A DNA stretch of 52,142 nt, counting the filler, from Dirinaria sp. TL-2023a (taxonomy: Eukaryota), in assembly GCA_051941275.1 (NCBI GenBank). It is 2 parts of 2 records of this genome, joined end to end, with 100 filler letters (N's around TTAATTAATTAA, not from the genome) between each part and the next. Parts side by side here need not be neighbours in the genome. Positions count along the whole stretch, not along the records: positions 1 to 26,069 come from JAVEBF010000165.1; 1 more part is not named here. One strand, given 5' to 3'. The position numbers were made by a program, and so were the translations under genes. Under the pieces are notes generated by a model that made no database searches, was not told the DNA's origin, and worked only from the letters and a program-made list of their open reading frames with translations. How positions within the stretch are numbered: the first letter of the stretch is position 1; each line of letters starts with the position of its first letter. Below, in pieces: positions 1-13,322 of the stretch.

Positions 1-801
1 CCCAAATCTTCCAATACTTTTCCCAACCACAAATATATATTCCCTAGAAACGCCTGCTTCGCTACTACCTCAAATCTTCCTTCCTACCTGAATGAAGCTT
101 CTTCGTCGGTCGGTTGGGAATAACAATTCTAAAGATTACGGAACGTTCGTAGTTAGAAGCTTGTTTCGTTTGGATTACCTCTCCAAACTTGATATGCAAC
201 CGGCTAAGCTAGAGCGGTGGTTTAGGGGATATGTTTATGCTGCTGCTGCTCATTATTGAAAGAGAGAGGATACGTTTGGTTGGGGTGATGCTGGTTATGG
301 GGTAAGGGATTGGTGGTATTATATCTTTGTCTATATATATAAGGTAGAAACTGGGGAGGTGGATATGGGCTTGAAGAGGGTTTAGATAAGATTGAGATGA
401 TTTATTACCTACATCCTATGGGCCTTGTATTCATTTGTAGGTCGGAGGGGTGCTTTGATGATATAGCAATTCATTGGTAGCGCAGCACATCATATAGATT
501 ATAGGAATTGCAGATGTTGTATAGTAGTAGCTCACGGTATCACCACCACCTTCACGCATTCAGAGAGTGATTTATAATGGTATCACTCGGGTTGTGAGTG
601 GCAGATATGAAGTATGGTATAGCATTTCTTTTGAGCCTCGAGAGCATTTAGTTGGCCACTGGTGTCTAGCTGCTCGACCGTGTTCAAGTGGTGATTGCTG
701 AGCGATTGGAGCTGACATATCGACCCCGGACACCGCCCTTTGACAGGACCACCGAGCTTCCGAATGAGCCAGCATACAAGCCACTGGGCTACCCTCCCAA
801 T

Positions 802-1824
802 TCATCCTTTCTTATTCGTGCCTCCAGAAAGAGCGATTTTACTCTCCTCGTATACCAGGAACGTGACCCAGGTGCTCGGCAGAACCCTCAACAGGTTCGG
901 GCCTAAGCCCTTGTAGAAGCCACTGAACCCTTCTCGCCTCCAGGTTTGAGCAATGACATCCCTCGCGCTCTTGTACGTCCGGTCGGCGTCGTAGGTTTGC
1001 AGCCTTGCTCTGACCACTTGGTACGGATACGTCGTGCTGCCGGCGAAAACCTTCGCCAGTCCACTCAGGACGAGGAAATCCACAGCATTAAGAGCATGCT
1101 GACCTTCTGGCTTTGAGCGAGCTCGATATATCTTAAGCTGTTCGTAGGCCATGAATTGTAGCGCTCCGTGGGATACGCCAAAAAGAGAGGGCGAGAGGCC
1201 GCGATAGAAGCCGCGAATGCCATCCGATTTATATATCTGTCGCGTGCCATCGACGATAGAAGTGTATGCGCCGGGATGTGAAGAAGGTGTCGAGAGCATG
1301 CGCGTCTTGATTACCCATATCGGATTGGTACAGATGGTGGTTAGTGCTCCTGTAACGCACATTAGTGACAATCTTCCAATGCGCGATCGAACTTGATATC
1401 TTTTTACGTACCTGCTGTAGCGGAACCTAGGAAATAGTCATAGGATAGCAGTGGATGGTGGTCTCCGTGCAAATATTGGAGCCCATCCTTGAGCCTCCCA
1501 TACCACAAAAAGTACAATGACCAGCTCACGGAATTGCCGATTATGTTGGGAGTGAGACCGCGGTAGAAGCCCGTCAAGAGGCCTTCATTTCGAGCGATAT
1601 CACGAGTAATCCGGAGAGAGCTTCCAAGCGCAGATGATGAAGTCCGGTCAACTACGAATTATCAACCTTTCGTCTTGCGATAGCTCGAGCTTGGTGACAT
1701 TCGTACCTTGTAACCTTGTTTTGATTAGATCTAGAGGATGAGCTACTAATGTTGACGCTATGCCAGCTGCGAATCCTGCGAGCGTCTCAACAAGTGGCTG
1801 AGGAAGCGCTTCGCTATTGTTCAT
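802..1824 (-). CDS. FLX1: Mitochondrial carrier (SLC25), FAD/folate carrier type; 3 exons (1824-1707, 1651-1412, 1349-802)
   Basis: Three carrier repeats with PxD/W/QxxK/RxR signatures (HPLDLIKTRLQ, NPIWVIKTRM, YPYQVVRARLQ). GFYRGLSPSLFGVSHGALQFMAYEQLK is typical of the Flx1/SLC25A32 group. GT-AG introns join the frames. Confidence 0.85.
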
Positions 1825-2847
1825 CGCATGATGACTTTCATGTCGGAAGGGTGGGAAAACAGAACAGCGAAATCGATACAATTTAATTTCTGTGATGTCA
1901 TTTGACTAAATATTCACATTGAGTAAATTATTTTACAAGGCTAAAAACCCCAGCAACACAGTCAGCAACGGGAGTTTGTGCACCGGTCACTATTGCTTTC
2001 ATATATGCACCATTCCCTCTCTGGCGTTTTCCGGAATCCCACACCTTGCCTTACTCTGGAGCTGGATGAATATTGTTCACCCAGGTATCTCTATTGAGCC
2101 TCTTGAGACGTATGAGCGGCGATGCAGATATTGTACCGGTGCTGTAATGCCCAAACCCCCACAGTCCTTCTCCAATGGACCGAGCAACTTGCACACACAG
2201 ACCTCTCCGAACAGCATGGGCTATGCCAACGGTGATAGTAGTCTATTTTCCATCAGTAAATCGAAAGCAGCAACCAAACATAGTACCACATACCTGATAA
2301 ATGGTGGCTTAGGATCGCTCCGAGTGTACCCTTCAACAATAAGTCTTGAACTTCTCTCGTAAGCATTGCTTCATGCATTCGTACCAATATATATGATCAA
2401 GGGTAGGTAGCCACTAGGAAGATCAGTGCATGTATAGGATGATGAGTCGCGTGAAAGCATACTAATGGATAGCGACTCGTGAGATTTCAATGACCTTCGT
2501 GATTCTCTCCTGGATGATATATTAGTGCAGGCAGTTGGGTATGGTAATAATGATTGGACACTACCTTTGTCTCCTCTGACAGTGAGAACATCATTGCAGT
2601 ATAGGTAGCTCGGTGTACAGACTTTGCTTATTGGCGTGAATTGACGAGGAGCATCTGTATCGAATGTCGTGCTTGGGCTGCGAGTTATGTGAGCTTTTCT
2701 TTAGGTACATACAGTATGATAGTAGTAAGCTCCGAAGTCCCAAGCTTGCAAAAGGCCGAGGTTCAGCCGGACTACCTTCTAGCGGCACGAGCTATCATCA
2801 TACGAAAGGGCAGCATTAATATTGACATCTCATCGCACTAGTTGAGC

Positions 2848-3975
2848 ATGGCGCATATTGTAGGCGTCCAAACTTCAATGCTGCAACTGCTTGGGTCGCA
2901 AGCATGGTGTCAAAGAGGTCGTGCATTCATTTCTGCGCTACCTACACGACATAGACCGCGCGTATCGAGAACCTCCCCATTCACCAGTAGGCCGAGCTTT
3001 GCTACCGATCGGAGGCTGCAAGATCAAGATGAATATCAATCTTATGAAGCACGACTGTGAGCACGACGCAAGCATTGCAGCCTGGCGGTCGATAGCTAAC
3101 CAGCCAAGGCCTAAACCACCCACATATCCGCCACGGGACCAGCAGCAACAGACATCATCGTAGGACTGAAGCTTATCTTGACTCGTCACACAGCTTACAT
3201 AAATGCAGGCAAGCTCTAGAGACGCCGCCATCAATCGCTACTGGTGATGTGACTGGAAGTGAAGAGCCAACCTCTGCAAGTCTCCAGGAACGGAAAACCG
3301 AAAATGACACCGAAGATGAGACCGAAGACGAGGACCAAGACGGAGTTCGTATGCCCCGAAGTGTTCAAGCAATCTACCTCAAGCCGTTACGGAGAACGGC
3401 AAAGTACAACCTGCCAGTGTGTGATTTACAAATACGTTCCTACAGCGTCCTGAACGTCGAATTTATGGCCGACTTCGCACTCAGAGCTGCATACTTCCTG
3501 CATCTACCCGCTAGAGGACCGGTGCCTTTACCACGTATCACGGAGCGGTGGACTGTGCCTCGGAGTCATTTTGTGCACAAGAAAAGCCAGGAAAACTTTG
3601 AACGGATTACTATGAGGCGGCTGATACAAATCCACGATGGGCATCCGGAGACTGTTCAACTGTGGCTGGCCTTTATACGAAAGCACTCGTACTATGGAGT
3701 CGGTATGAAAGCTAACGTCTGGGAATACGAAAAGCTAGGTATGTTCGCCATTCTCCTCTGTGGTTCTCGTGCTAAGCAATCGTTCAGGAGTCGGCAAGAC
3801 AATGGACGTCAGCCTGGAGAACCTGAAGAAGACGCTTGAGCCGAAATGGGCGCATTTTGGAAGGCGAAAGAATCTAGATACATCAGAGAAGGTGTACCAG
3901 ATGATGACCAGTGATACATTTCGGCAAACTTCTGACGCTCCATTGAGGGACGATGGTATTACTCCTCAAACCTGA
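2848..3975 (+). CDS. RSM10: Mitochondrial small-subunit ribosomal protein S10 (uS10m); multi-exon, 5' exons approximate
   Basis: ORF 3249-3839 contains the S10 core (GPVPLPRITERWTVPRSHFVHKKSQENFERITMRRLIQI). An intron starting at 3739 (GTATGT...GCTAAG...CAG) leads into the last exon, ending TGA 3975. The start codon is uncertain (2848 or 2878). Confidence 0.85.
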
Positions 3976-4297
3976 GAAGGGGTTCCATCGAACATTGCAT
4001 TACACGGTGTTTCTGTGCACATTCAGCGTATTTAAGTCACATATCTTGCATAGCGAGCAATTAGTTCCTGTACTCTAATTAGCCTTGGCCAACGGATATT
4101 CTAGACTTAGATAGCTGACCTAAAGCACCATATGAATAAATACAGAATTGTGAAATAACGCCCCTTTTTATGTATCGCCATTGGGTGGCGGAAAGGAGAA
4201 AATGATCACGTGCGCTCGGGCAACTAGTAAAGCGCGCTACTGAAAATCATTCCCGGGCCAGCAATCTGATGCATACAACCCATGCTAGAGGTCAGCG

Positions 4298-5727
4298 ATG
4301 ACCTCGTGTGCTAATGTTGCCCGCAAAAGTCATGCTGTATCGCTTGCTGCCTGTATCAGGCCTGCTGTCGCACCTCGAGGGCTGAGATGTTTTCCTCAGA
4401 CTCGCCACTTTGCCAACCCCAGCATCAGAGAACTGTCCAGAAGAACAATCTTTTCGGGCATACAGCCGACAGGAGTCCCTCACATAGGCAACTATTTGGG
4501 TGCTCTGCAACAATGGGTGAAAATGCAGCACGAAAGCGGCCCAGAATGTAACCTTATCTTTTCCGTTGTGGATCTACATGCAATCACTCTCCAACAAGAC
4601 GCCGAGCAACTGAGGAAGTGGAAGAAAGAATCTCTTGCGGCTCTTCTAGCCGCTGGGTTGGATCCTGAACGTTGTACGATCTTCTTTCAATCAGATGTAC
4701 GAGCAGAAAATTGTTTTGGTTGACAAAGTTCTTCGTTACTAAGGGAAGTACGATCAGGTACCGTATCACGCGGAGTTGATGTGGATCTTGGGGTGTACTG
4801 CGTCTGTTGGATATCTCTCACGGATGACACAGTGGAAGGTACGATGGCCTAATGTGTACGCTCGCTGGCGAGTCTTGTCATCGTTTTGTTTATTTGGTTT
4901 TAGAGTAAGCTCGCGTTACCAGAAAAAACATCAGTTCACGAATCTGCCGCGAGAGCAAAATTGAAGCTTGGGCTTTTCTCTTATCCCGTGCTTCAGGCTG
5001 CAGATATCCTGCTATATGGGTAAGGCATTCCTTTGCGTCTCAAGTTATATGTCTGCTACACCCACGACTTTCCGAGCATAAATTTATTGAATTTTAGAAC
5101 CACACACGTCCCTGTCGGTGAGGATCAAATCCAGCACTTGGAATTTGCTAGAGAGTGCGCGGGAAATTTCAATGCGGCTTATGGCGAGGTTCTCATCCGT
5201 CCCGAAACCCTTCTCTGTAAGTGGCTTCGTGAGCTATTCCTGCGTATAAGGCCAACCTTCATGCAGCACCGGCCAAGCGTATCATGTCACTCAAGGAGCC
5301 GACGGCAAAGATGTCCAAATCTCATGCCGATCCTCGCTCTCGTATTCTAATCAGTGACAGCACTGAGGAGATAGCAATGAAGATTAGGCTTGCTCTGACC
5401 GACTCCCTCGCAGGCATCACATATGAGCCAGAGAAGCGTCCAGGCATAGCAAATCTACTGTCGATCATGAGTTATCTAGACAGCAAGGGCAGATCCTGCG
5501 AAGAGCTCGTCCAACTGCATAAGGACACGAGTATGCGCGGATTCAAGGACGAGGTTGTAAGGACTCTTGATCGTGCACTTGGCTGTATGAGGGAGCGGTA
5601 CACCTACCTCATGAAGGATGCGCAGAGCGACTACCTAGAAGAGGTTGCTCGGAATGGGGCGCTTAGCGCAAGGACGGTGGCAGAACGCACTATGTTGGCC
5701 ATCAGGCGGGCAGTGGGTCTCTCCTAG
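4298..5727 (+). CDS. MSW1: Mitochondrial tryptophanyl-tRNA synthetase; multi-exon
   Basis: IFSGIQPTGVPHIGNYLGA (HIGH motif), YPVLQAADILLY, VPVGEDQIQHLEFARE and KMSKS. The N-terminus resembles an Arg-rich mitochondrial presequence. Confidence 0.93.
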
Positions 5728-7168
5728 CCCTCTGCTAGGGCATCCACTGTGATTGCAAATGGAACGGTTCAGGCTTCCACAGCTCCCCCATGCCGTCCAG
5801 ATCCCACCAAGGAAGAGGTTGAACTCGTCGAAAACAGAAACGACATCACCATCAGCCATGGAGAATGGCCAATGAACAAGCAGTGGTGCCATTGTCAGGT
5901 ACCTTGATCCTTCAATGCTTACCTCCAGGTTCGAATACCAGTACTTGCCTTTCGAAAGCCGAGGCGACGGCCTCCCGGCGCGCACAATAGAGTGACTTGG
6001 CAGAGAACAGGACCAGGTTCGTGTGGAGCTTGTTGTTGCTGTCCGGGGCAAGCTTGGGCGATTTGACAGAGATTGTGGGTCAAAGGATCCTCCTCCCTCG
6101 CTCAAGACTCAGCATGCATGCATTTTGTTATCTCCACTGTACACGACAAGGGACAGAAAATAAAAGGATTGCTGCCGTGTATGTAGAGTGGTTCAAGGCG
6201 GGTGGTACGTACGTCGGCAAGCTCATGGCACAGTTCTGCGGGTGAACCTAGCGAAGGTGCCTGAATCGCTAACGATCACACGTAGCTTTTGCGATCGATG
6301 GTCGCCAGGGACACACCAATGATGATAGGGTATATTTCTCCATCTGCAAGTTCGCCCAAGCTGCCGCTCTACTTTCACAAAAGACCATAGCAGTGCCTTG
6401 TTATAGATGATTCTCAATCCCGCACCGTTTCTTCGAGAGAAAAAGGACTTGCGCGAAGGGCCATCGCCGAAAGGGCAGCCAATCCCCCACCCTTTGGGCG
6501 CGAAGGTTCTCGAAATAGGTGTGCTGCAGAACACGTAGACCCTTGGGCATTCCCATTCGTCGCGGTGATGATGCATGTCGTGCAGCTTTCCGATTCTGCA
6601 ACTAGCTTAATAGTCGACTTATTGCGAATCTACCCAAAAACCCAAAAAAGTATATATAATAGAAGCATACATAGAAAGCGTTTTCTGCCCTTGGCACATT
6701 ACATATAATGTACGTCAGCGCTGTTGCTTTCATGAGGAAAACATCCGTAATCTGAAAGAGAGAGAGTAACTTCAATTATTGCCTACCAAAACAATCCTAT
6801 AAATCAATTAAAAAACAGAAAACACGAAACACATCCATCCTCGAGAATCCCAAACCCGGCGCCAACGCCTAAAACTGCCCTACCCACCGGCCGCTTACAC
6901 CCCACCCTGATCTACCCGCGCCTGCCCAGCCCAGCCCAGTGAGCCATTGTCCATTGAGAAACTCTTAAAGTCTTCAACCCTCCCCCACCAGGGCAAGAAA
7001 AGCCTTACATCCCTAAATCCCTATTCGCTCCCCCCCAGCGCGCGCGCCGCACAAAATATCTGGATCCCATCCAAATCGAGAAAAGGGAAAAAGTGTTGAA
7101 GAAGTGGGAAAAAAAACAAGAAAGGCGCACACCACACAAAACAAAAACAACCCAACATCCTTACAGTG

Positions 7169-7186
7169 CATACATACATACATACA
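7169..7186. repeat. (CATA)n microsatellite in the A-rich region upstream of HAP5
   Basis: catacatacatacataca read directly. Confidence 0.7.
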
Positions 7187-7691
7187 GTACATTACAAAAT
7201 TATCCACACCAACAAACAAGCGCTCCAGTCATACGCGGCTGTCTGCAAACGCGATTTCGATTTTGGTGTGGGCACATTATTATTATTATTGATCCCATCA
7301 TCTCTCTTGCACCGTTCATAGGTGGTTACTACGCGGTCTCTTCGCACCAGCCCTAGGTACATACAGTACATACAGGACCTTCCTACAACCTACTTACAGT
7401 ATCTGCTCATTTCACCCACCTTACCTAACCTCACCTTTTCTCCGAACACCGTCGCCCACCACACAAAAAAAAAGTCGCTCGCTCGATCGAATTGCAGGAT
7501 TATTTTTCTCCAGCCATTCTTTTCAGCAAGCCCACTGTTTGCTTACGAAATCAAGTTACTTGATTGTTCAGATCAATTGCGCGCGTGCCGGGAACAAGAA
7601 AGAAAGAGAGAGCGTGTGTGTATATGAGATAACCGCGCGGAGAGAAGAAAGGAAAAAAGAGGGAGAATCACAAAATAACAGAGAAGAAAGC

Positions 7692-9057
7692 ATGGAGCAG
7701 AAACCACCTGGCGCCGTCGCTGGGGCCACGCAGGCACCGCAGGCAGGACGTCAGCAACCGGTTTACGATCCGAATAATGGCGGCCATTTCGGTATGTTCC
7801 TCTTTTTTTTTTTTTTGAGCTACTAGATGTCTTACTCTTATGGATATAATTGGTCAAGGTTTTTTGGAGTGGAGGGGGGAAACAAAGGGAGAGTTGATGG
7901 CTAATTGAAGTGGTGCTGTAGGCGCAAGCCAAGCTGTATGTATAATACCTCCAAAGACAGGTCAATTGAAGGGCGATGGGATTACACGGAGCTGACAATA
8001 GCTGCAGATGGCGACTCAAGGGTTCGCGCCTGTACCGGAGCTGTATCAGGGTACATGGGCCAATGTACGTTAATCGCATCCCCAGCAATTACCTAGATGA
8101 AGTAGAGCCGGGTTCCATTGACAGATGATTGCATATAGGTCAACCAAGGCCTGGTAGGCAACTACCGCGACATCCTGACCACCTATTGGCAACACACCAT
8201 TAGCCAACTCGAGACCGAAGCCCACGACTACAAGCTACACCAACTACCTCTCGCGCGCATCAAAAAAGTCATGAAAGCCGACCCTGACGTCAAGATGATT
8301 TCCGCCGAAGCGCCGATCCTGTTCGCCAAAGGCTGCGATATTTTCATCACCGAGCTCACGATGCGCGCTTGGATCCACGCGGAAGAGAATAAGAGACGGA
8401 CGCTGCAGCGATCCGATATCGCGTCGGCGCTGGCAAGGAGCGATATGTTCGATTTCTTGATCGACATCGTGCCGAGGGAGGAGGCGGCGACGAAGCGGAC
8501 GAGTGGGCCAGGTGGTGGCGCAACGCCAGCCGCTGGGGCCGGGTCAGGGATGATGCCGCCACAACCTCAATCTATGGCCCAGCCAGGCCAGGCGCCAGGC
8601 GGTGCTGGCCAGCAACAGCATCACATGGGCGGCCACGAAAGCTATGGGTTGGCGAGCGGCCAGATGCAGCAAGAGCCAGAGTACGGCCGACCACAGCCGG
8701 GGATGTACGCACCACCAGTGCCGAACGATCCGTCATACGGGCAGCACCAAAACCAGATCTTCGAGGGCATGTACGGGTATCCGTCCATGAACACTCAGCC
8801 GGTGAGTCGAGTCCCCGACCCCTATTAAGGGCTTGAGAGCGGCCTAGCCGGCGCGGTTCTCTGCTGCGAGAGTCATCAAGTGCTCATCAACCCGACCAAA
8901 CAGACTCACTGACCGGTATTGCCGCACGCAGATGTATGGTGTGAACCAGAGGGGGCAGGTTCCACCAGGAGGCCAGGATCCAGGACATACTTACCAGAGA
9001 CATGACGGGGAAGGCGATGCGGATGCGGAAGGTGATAGGGATTACGAAGTTGGCTGA
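7692..9057 (+). CDS. HAP5: CCAAT-binding complex subunit Hap5/HapE (NF-YC); 5 exons including a 14-nt micro-exon (7922-7935)
   Basis: Histone-fold [45 protein letters not shown]...[10 protein letters not shown]...[12 protein letters not shown]. The spliced N-terminus reads MEQ...[40 protein letters not shown]. The last exon is 8932-9057. Confidence 0.93.
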
Positions 9058-9479
9058 CCTTAACGATTGATGATGCTTGCATGTACACCTTGTTTAGATC
9101 CATAGTGCCGGCCGTCTATAGTCGAGTCATGTGTAGCGAACATCATGCTATGTAGCTAGCGAGCATCTGGATGCTTCAGATACCCCAATCTTGCACCATT
9201 ACTTGTTCCAACTTTTCGCATCGTATGGCGTGAGACCACTCTGTAGGTCTAGCATAGATGTGAGAGAATCTCGTCTGGGTTTGGGGTTGCGGCTAGTTGA
9301 GAGTTGACTGCCCATGTGCAGCCCGTCAAGCTTGCGCGCTCGGAGCCGAGATATATTGCAGACCTCAGAGACCTGTTATGCCTGAGGCATGCAGGGCTCT
9401 GGACTGTTAGATCATTGCCAAGAGTCTGACTGCTAGAATGGGTTTTCGAGGAGGGAGCAAAATCTTCCGATGAACTATT

Positions 9480-12029
9480 TCACTTGATGCCGAACCGCGA
9501 CGATAGTGTGGAGTATTTGTCCGTCTTTGCCGGACTTTGCACAGAGTGAGTGAGTCTGCCATGCGTCAGCAAAGTCTGCATCTGGCCGAGAAGCAGTTCC
9601 CAATGCCTACTTCTCAAGCAACACCGGCCCGTTCATTGCATCTACTCTGCCGTATTTCTTATTTCTCGTCGAGACGTCGTAGAATTCCTCGGAATTCTCG
9701 GCTTGCATCAGGGCAACTGTCTGCTGCAGCTCCTCCAAGTTCTGCCCCAAGATCGGGTTCCCGAGCGTATCCACGAACTCAGTGAGATAACGGACGTCTC
9801 TGGCTAGAGCGCTGACGCCATTGGGATTAATTCGTTTTACATCGGGTGATAGAGGTAGTCCCTGTTGTTGAACATTTAGCAAATGGCAGACGCCAAAAGG
9901 AGGGGGCGAGCCCGGACCAGTATCATCGTAGCTGCATGGCTCAAAGCATCAAAGTATATCAGCTCTTTGATTTCAGTCGGGAGGCCCAAGAGCACGGAGC
10001 CCATGATATTCGAAAGATATGTGGTCAACGTGGACATATATTCGCTAGGTTTGCTACTATCGTAACCGGGAGCCAGCCTACAAGAACGGTCATCAGCGTT
10101 AGTGGCCGGGCTGTAACACCTACAATAAAAACACAAAATAAGGGTTTAAAGAGCCTACCAGTCATACTCCGCCGTCTCGATTAGATCATCGATCTTGGAG
10201 TTAACCAATTCAAATATTCGCTTTTCTGCTGTCTTCTTATGACCGCGGAAGTCCTCGGTAGCTCTCAATACAATGTTTGCGCCGGCAGATGCTGTTGATC
10301 TGGCAGCAATAAGTAGCTGTTCAAGCTCTTGACATGCGATCTCAAAATGTTCGAGGTTGATTAGGATCTGAACAATTTGACCAAGGTACTGAGAGCTCAG
10401 GCGTTCGACCAAGGAAAAACAAACTTTCTCGGATAATAATTCATCTAGCGAAGCATGCAATGTCTCGTCGATGACACGAGGATGCTGGAAATGATCGTCA
10501 GAGAAGAAGTAGAATTGGTTTAGGAAATTCCGAATATCGATACAGCACAGCGGATACATCTGGGAGAAAGGCAAAACTAAGGGGAAATTCAGCTCTTCCC
10601 GTGGCCTGTCGGGCGTATACCAGCTGACATTGACCACCTTGTCGTACTCATCAGGCTTATTGATCGGCATGGGCATGTAATCGTCAGTCGATACGATCTC
10701 GTGGAAGTCATCGCTAAATCTCTTCTTCAGGAGCTCTGCGTATTTTTTGAAGAGCGTCAGGAGGAAAGCGTCAAGAGCGCCGACCGAGTATCCCCAGGAG
10801 TCCATAGTTTGGACAAACAAGGCAATGACACCTTTGATGCGAAGTACCATCTCAGCATTATCCACTTCGTGCAAAGCATTGGAGATGAGCGTAATGGCCG
10901 TTTGGCACATCGAGTCCCAAAGCTCATCGACATCCGCAGCGGAACGTAATTGAGGCGCTCGTTCCATTGTTGCCTTCTCCACGATCGCAAAGCCAGCTAT
11001 ACCTTCTAGAAGTTCATTCAGGCTTGCTCCTTCAGCATCTACCAAGGTCACAGAAGCTGGCATGAGGAGCTCTTTCTGCTGTCTTCGAGTCGCAGCATAC
11101 TCGGTCCGGAATTTATTAGTTTCGCCAAGAGCATCATGGATATGAATACATTCGAACAGAGGCGTGAAGTCAACCTGCACCTCCTCGTTATCAAGCACGC
11201 TGAACTCCTCTGTCTCATCGGATACGAGCTCGATGGCCGAATTGAGCTTGAAATTGCCCAGATACTCTTTCGCTTCTGTGCGCTCTCTGTGCCTTGTCCT
11301 CCTCTGCTCTGTATGGTAGAAAGCTACTTCACCGAGAAATTGAGAGCTCTCACGAATACGGTATAGCCAGGTATTGAGATCAGTCATGACTGCCTCAGCA
11401 ATAAGCTTCTTTGTCGCAGGTACAGACTTCTGAATCATGTCCGCGATCTTGTACTGGGTAACCTCCTTCAGGTGGACATTCTGAAGCTCATCAAGCGCTC
11501 TCAAAGCCGAGTAGTAATTTGTCTTGCCCAGTAGGTCGTGGACCTGGTTGGCCAAGCGCAGAACTTCCAGACAATCCTTGAGCGCCTGCGTGGCCTCATC
11601 AATATTCTGTCGCACTCCTCGCGACTCCACCAGAGCTTTTTTCTGTTCCGCAAGCTTTTCGGTGCTGGATTGGATGGATTGGTTAAGATTCAAAATTTCT
11701 GAAGTCAGACTGACAGTGCCCTCCCGGACCTGGAGAAGCTGATTGACGGATGTGACGAAGCCTTGATGATTTGTATTACATATTTTCTCAATTTCGGCTT
11801 CGCGATCGCTGGAATAGTGGGTAAGGGATTGCAGTAGCTGCTGCCCGCGACCGCCTTTGCTTGCATCTCGAATCGCTGGAATTAGTTGGTTTAGATACTC
11901 GTTGTCTGAGGGGGACTGGACTGTCTACAAATTGACTACATCAGCATTGCGAAGCAAATGCTTTGTTGCTCTCATTACCTGCTGTACAACATAATCGAGC
12001 TCACTGCGAGGATCAATGACGGAAGGCAT
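9480..12029 (-). CDS. SEC15: Exocyst complex component Sec15; 4 exons
   Basis: The 512-aa ORF has the Sec15 motifs VDFTPLFECIHIH, LPFSQMYPLCCIDIRNF and KIDDLIETAEYDW. The first exon is MPSVIDPRSELDYVVQQ at 12029. The last exon ends SSRFGIK* at 9480. Confidence 0.92.
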
Positions 12030-12566
12030 TCCGAGGAACTACACAGTGCAAGAATGGGTTTTATGCTCGGCTGTAGCACTTCATTCTTGGATGGAAGTGG
12101 TGTCTAAGGGTATATCGAGGGCTAATTTTGGTTAACCCAGCCGTGCTCATCCATGGTCTGAGGATGGATGAGATGTAAGGTAATGTATGGAATAAAATGA
12201 TACTTACATGTACGTAAGATAGCTATCAGGCAGGCAATTGAAGCACACAAACCGCTTTCTCTCCTCTGGCGTCTAATCTGGAGCTAAAAGTCTTGGCTGA
12301 TTTGGCGCCAAGACACGGTCTAAGCATGTGACTGCTTTTTCGCTCCAGCTCTTCAGCTTCATACTACTTACTGCGTGTATCGACAATATGAAAAATAATC
12401 GGAAGCAACCCTTCATATCGCTCCTTCCAAAGTGAGTGTACAGCTGCTTCATAACCCATGTGCATGTAATCTCCTTGCAAAACAGAATTCCAGCTAGATC
12501 TTCACAGCTCAGCGCGCTCCCCATTCATCACCTCATGTCTTTACCAGACATATCAGTGGTTTCCTT

Positions 12567-13322
12567 CACGATCACCGCTTTGCAACCACTCGTCCGTTGA
12601 TCTGGTAGATGGTATGCATCCTTCCCTGGCTGTGGCCAAAGGATCACAGGCTGCGGACACGGAAGTCGAGGTAGTACACGTCCCCCCCTCTGCCCCGGTG
12701 GACTAGGTGAGGTATTCACGATCACCGCTTTTCAACTGCTCCCCAAATGATCTCATAGACTGTATGGATCCTTTCCTGGCTCTGGCCAAAAGATCACAGG
12801 TTGCGGACACGGAAATCAAGGTAGTACACGTCCCCCTTGCCCGGGTTGAATAGCTGAGGTATTTTCTCCACGATCACCGCTTTCCAACTGCTCGCCAGTT
12901 GATCTCATAGACTGTATCCATCCTTCCCTGGCTCTGACCAAAGGAGCACGGGCTGCGGACATGGAAATCGAGGTAGGACACGTCCCCCATGCCCGGGTTG
13001 ATTAGCTGAGGTATTACTTCACGATCACCGCTTTTCAACCGTTTGCCGATTGATCTCATAGACTGTATGGATCCTCACCTGCCGCTGACCAAGGGAGCAC
13101 AAGCTCCGGACATGGAGATTAGGGTAGTACGCGTCCGTATGTGCTCGGGCTGTCTGGCTGAGGTATTTTCTTCACGATCACCGATTTTCAACTTCTTGCC
13201 CGTTGATCTCATAGACTGTATGCCGTATGGATCCTCACCTGCCGCTGACCAAGGGAGTACAAGCTCCGGACATAGACATCAAGGTGGTACGCGTTCGTAT
13301 GTGCCCGGGCTGTCTGGCTGAG
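12567..13322 (+). repeat. Tandem array of five diverged ~150-153 bp units
   Basis: The anchor CACGATCACCG starts at 12567, 12717, 12869, 13020 and 13173. Shared blocks: TGATCTCATAGACTGTAT, GGACA(C/T)(G/A)GA and TGAGGTATT. Confidence 0.95.

Noticed and set aside
93..260. Short ORF (MKLLRRSVG...LERWFRGY) at the window start
   Set aside because: About 55 codons and unrecognised. It may be a terminal exon of a gene outside the window but cannot be supported.
1919..2362. 147-aa ORF between FLX1 and RSM10
   Set aside because: TTG start, no recognisable domain and no convincing exon chain.
5635..6601. Minus-strand ORFs downstream of MSW1
   Set aside because: No recognisable family and I could not join them by splice sites. 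A decayed gene is possible but unsupported.
12567..13322. Repeat array as CRISPR or as a KEX2-processed RiPP precursor
   Set aside because: Whole units are homologous with no unique spacers, the context is eukaryotic and there are no cas genes. The peptides lack a signal peptide and regular KR cleavage sites.
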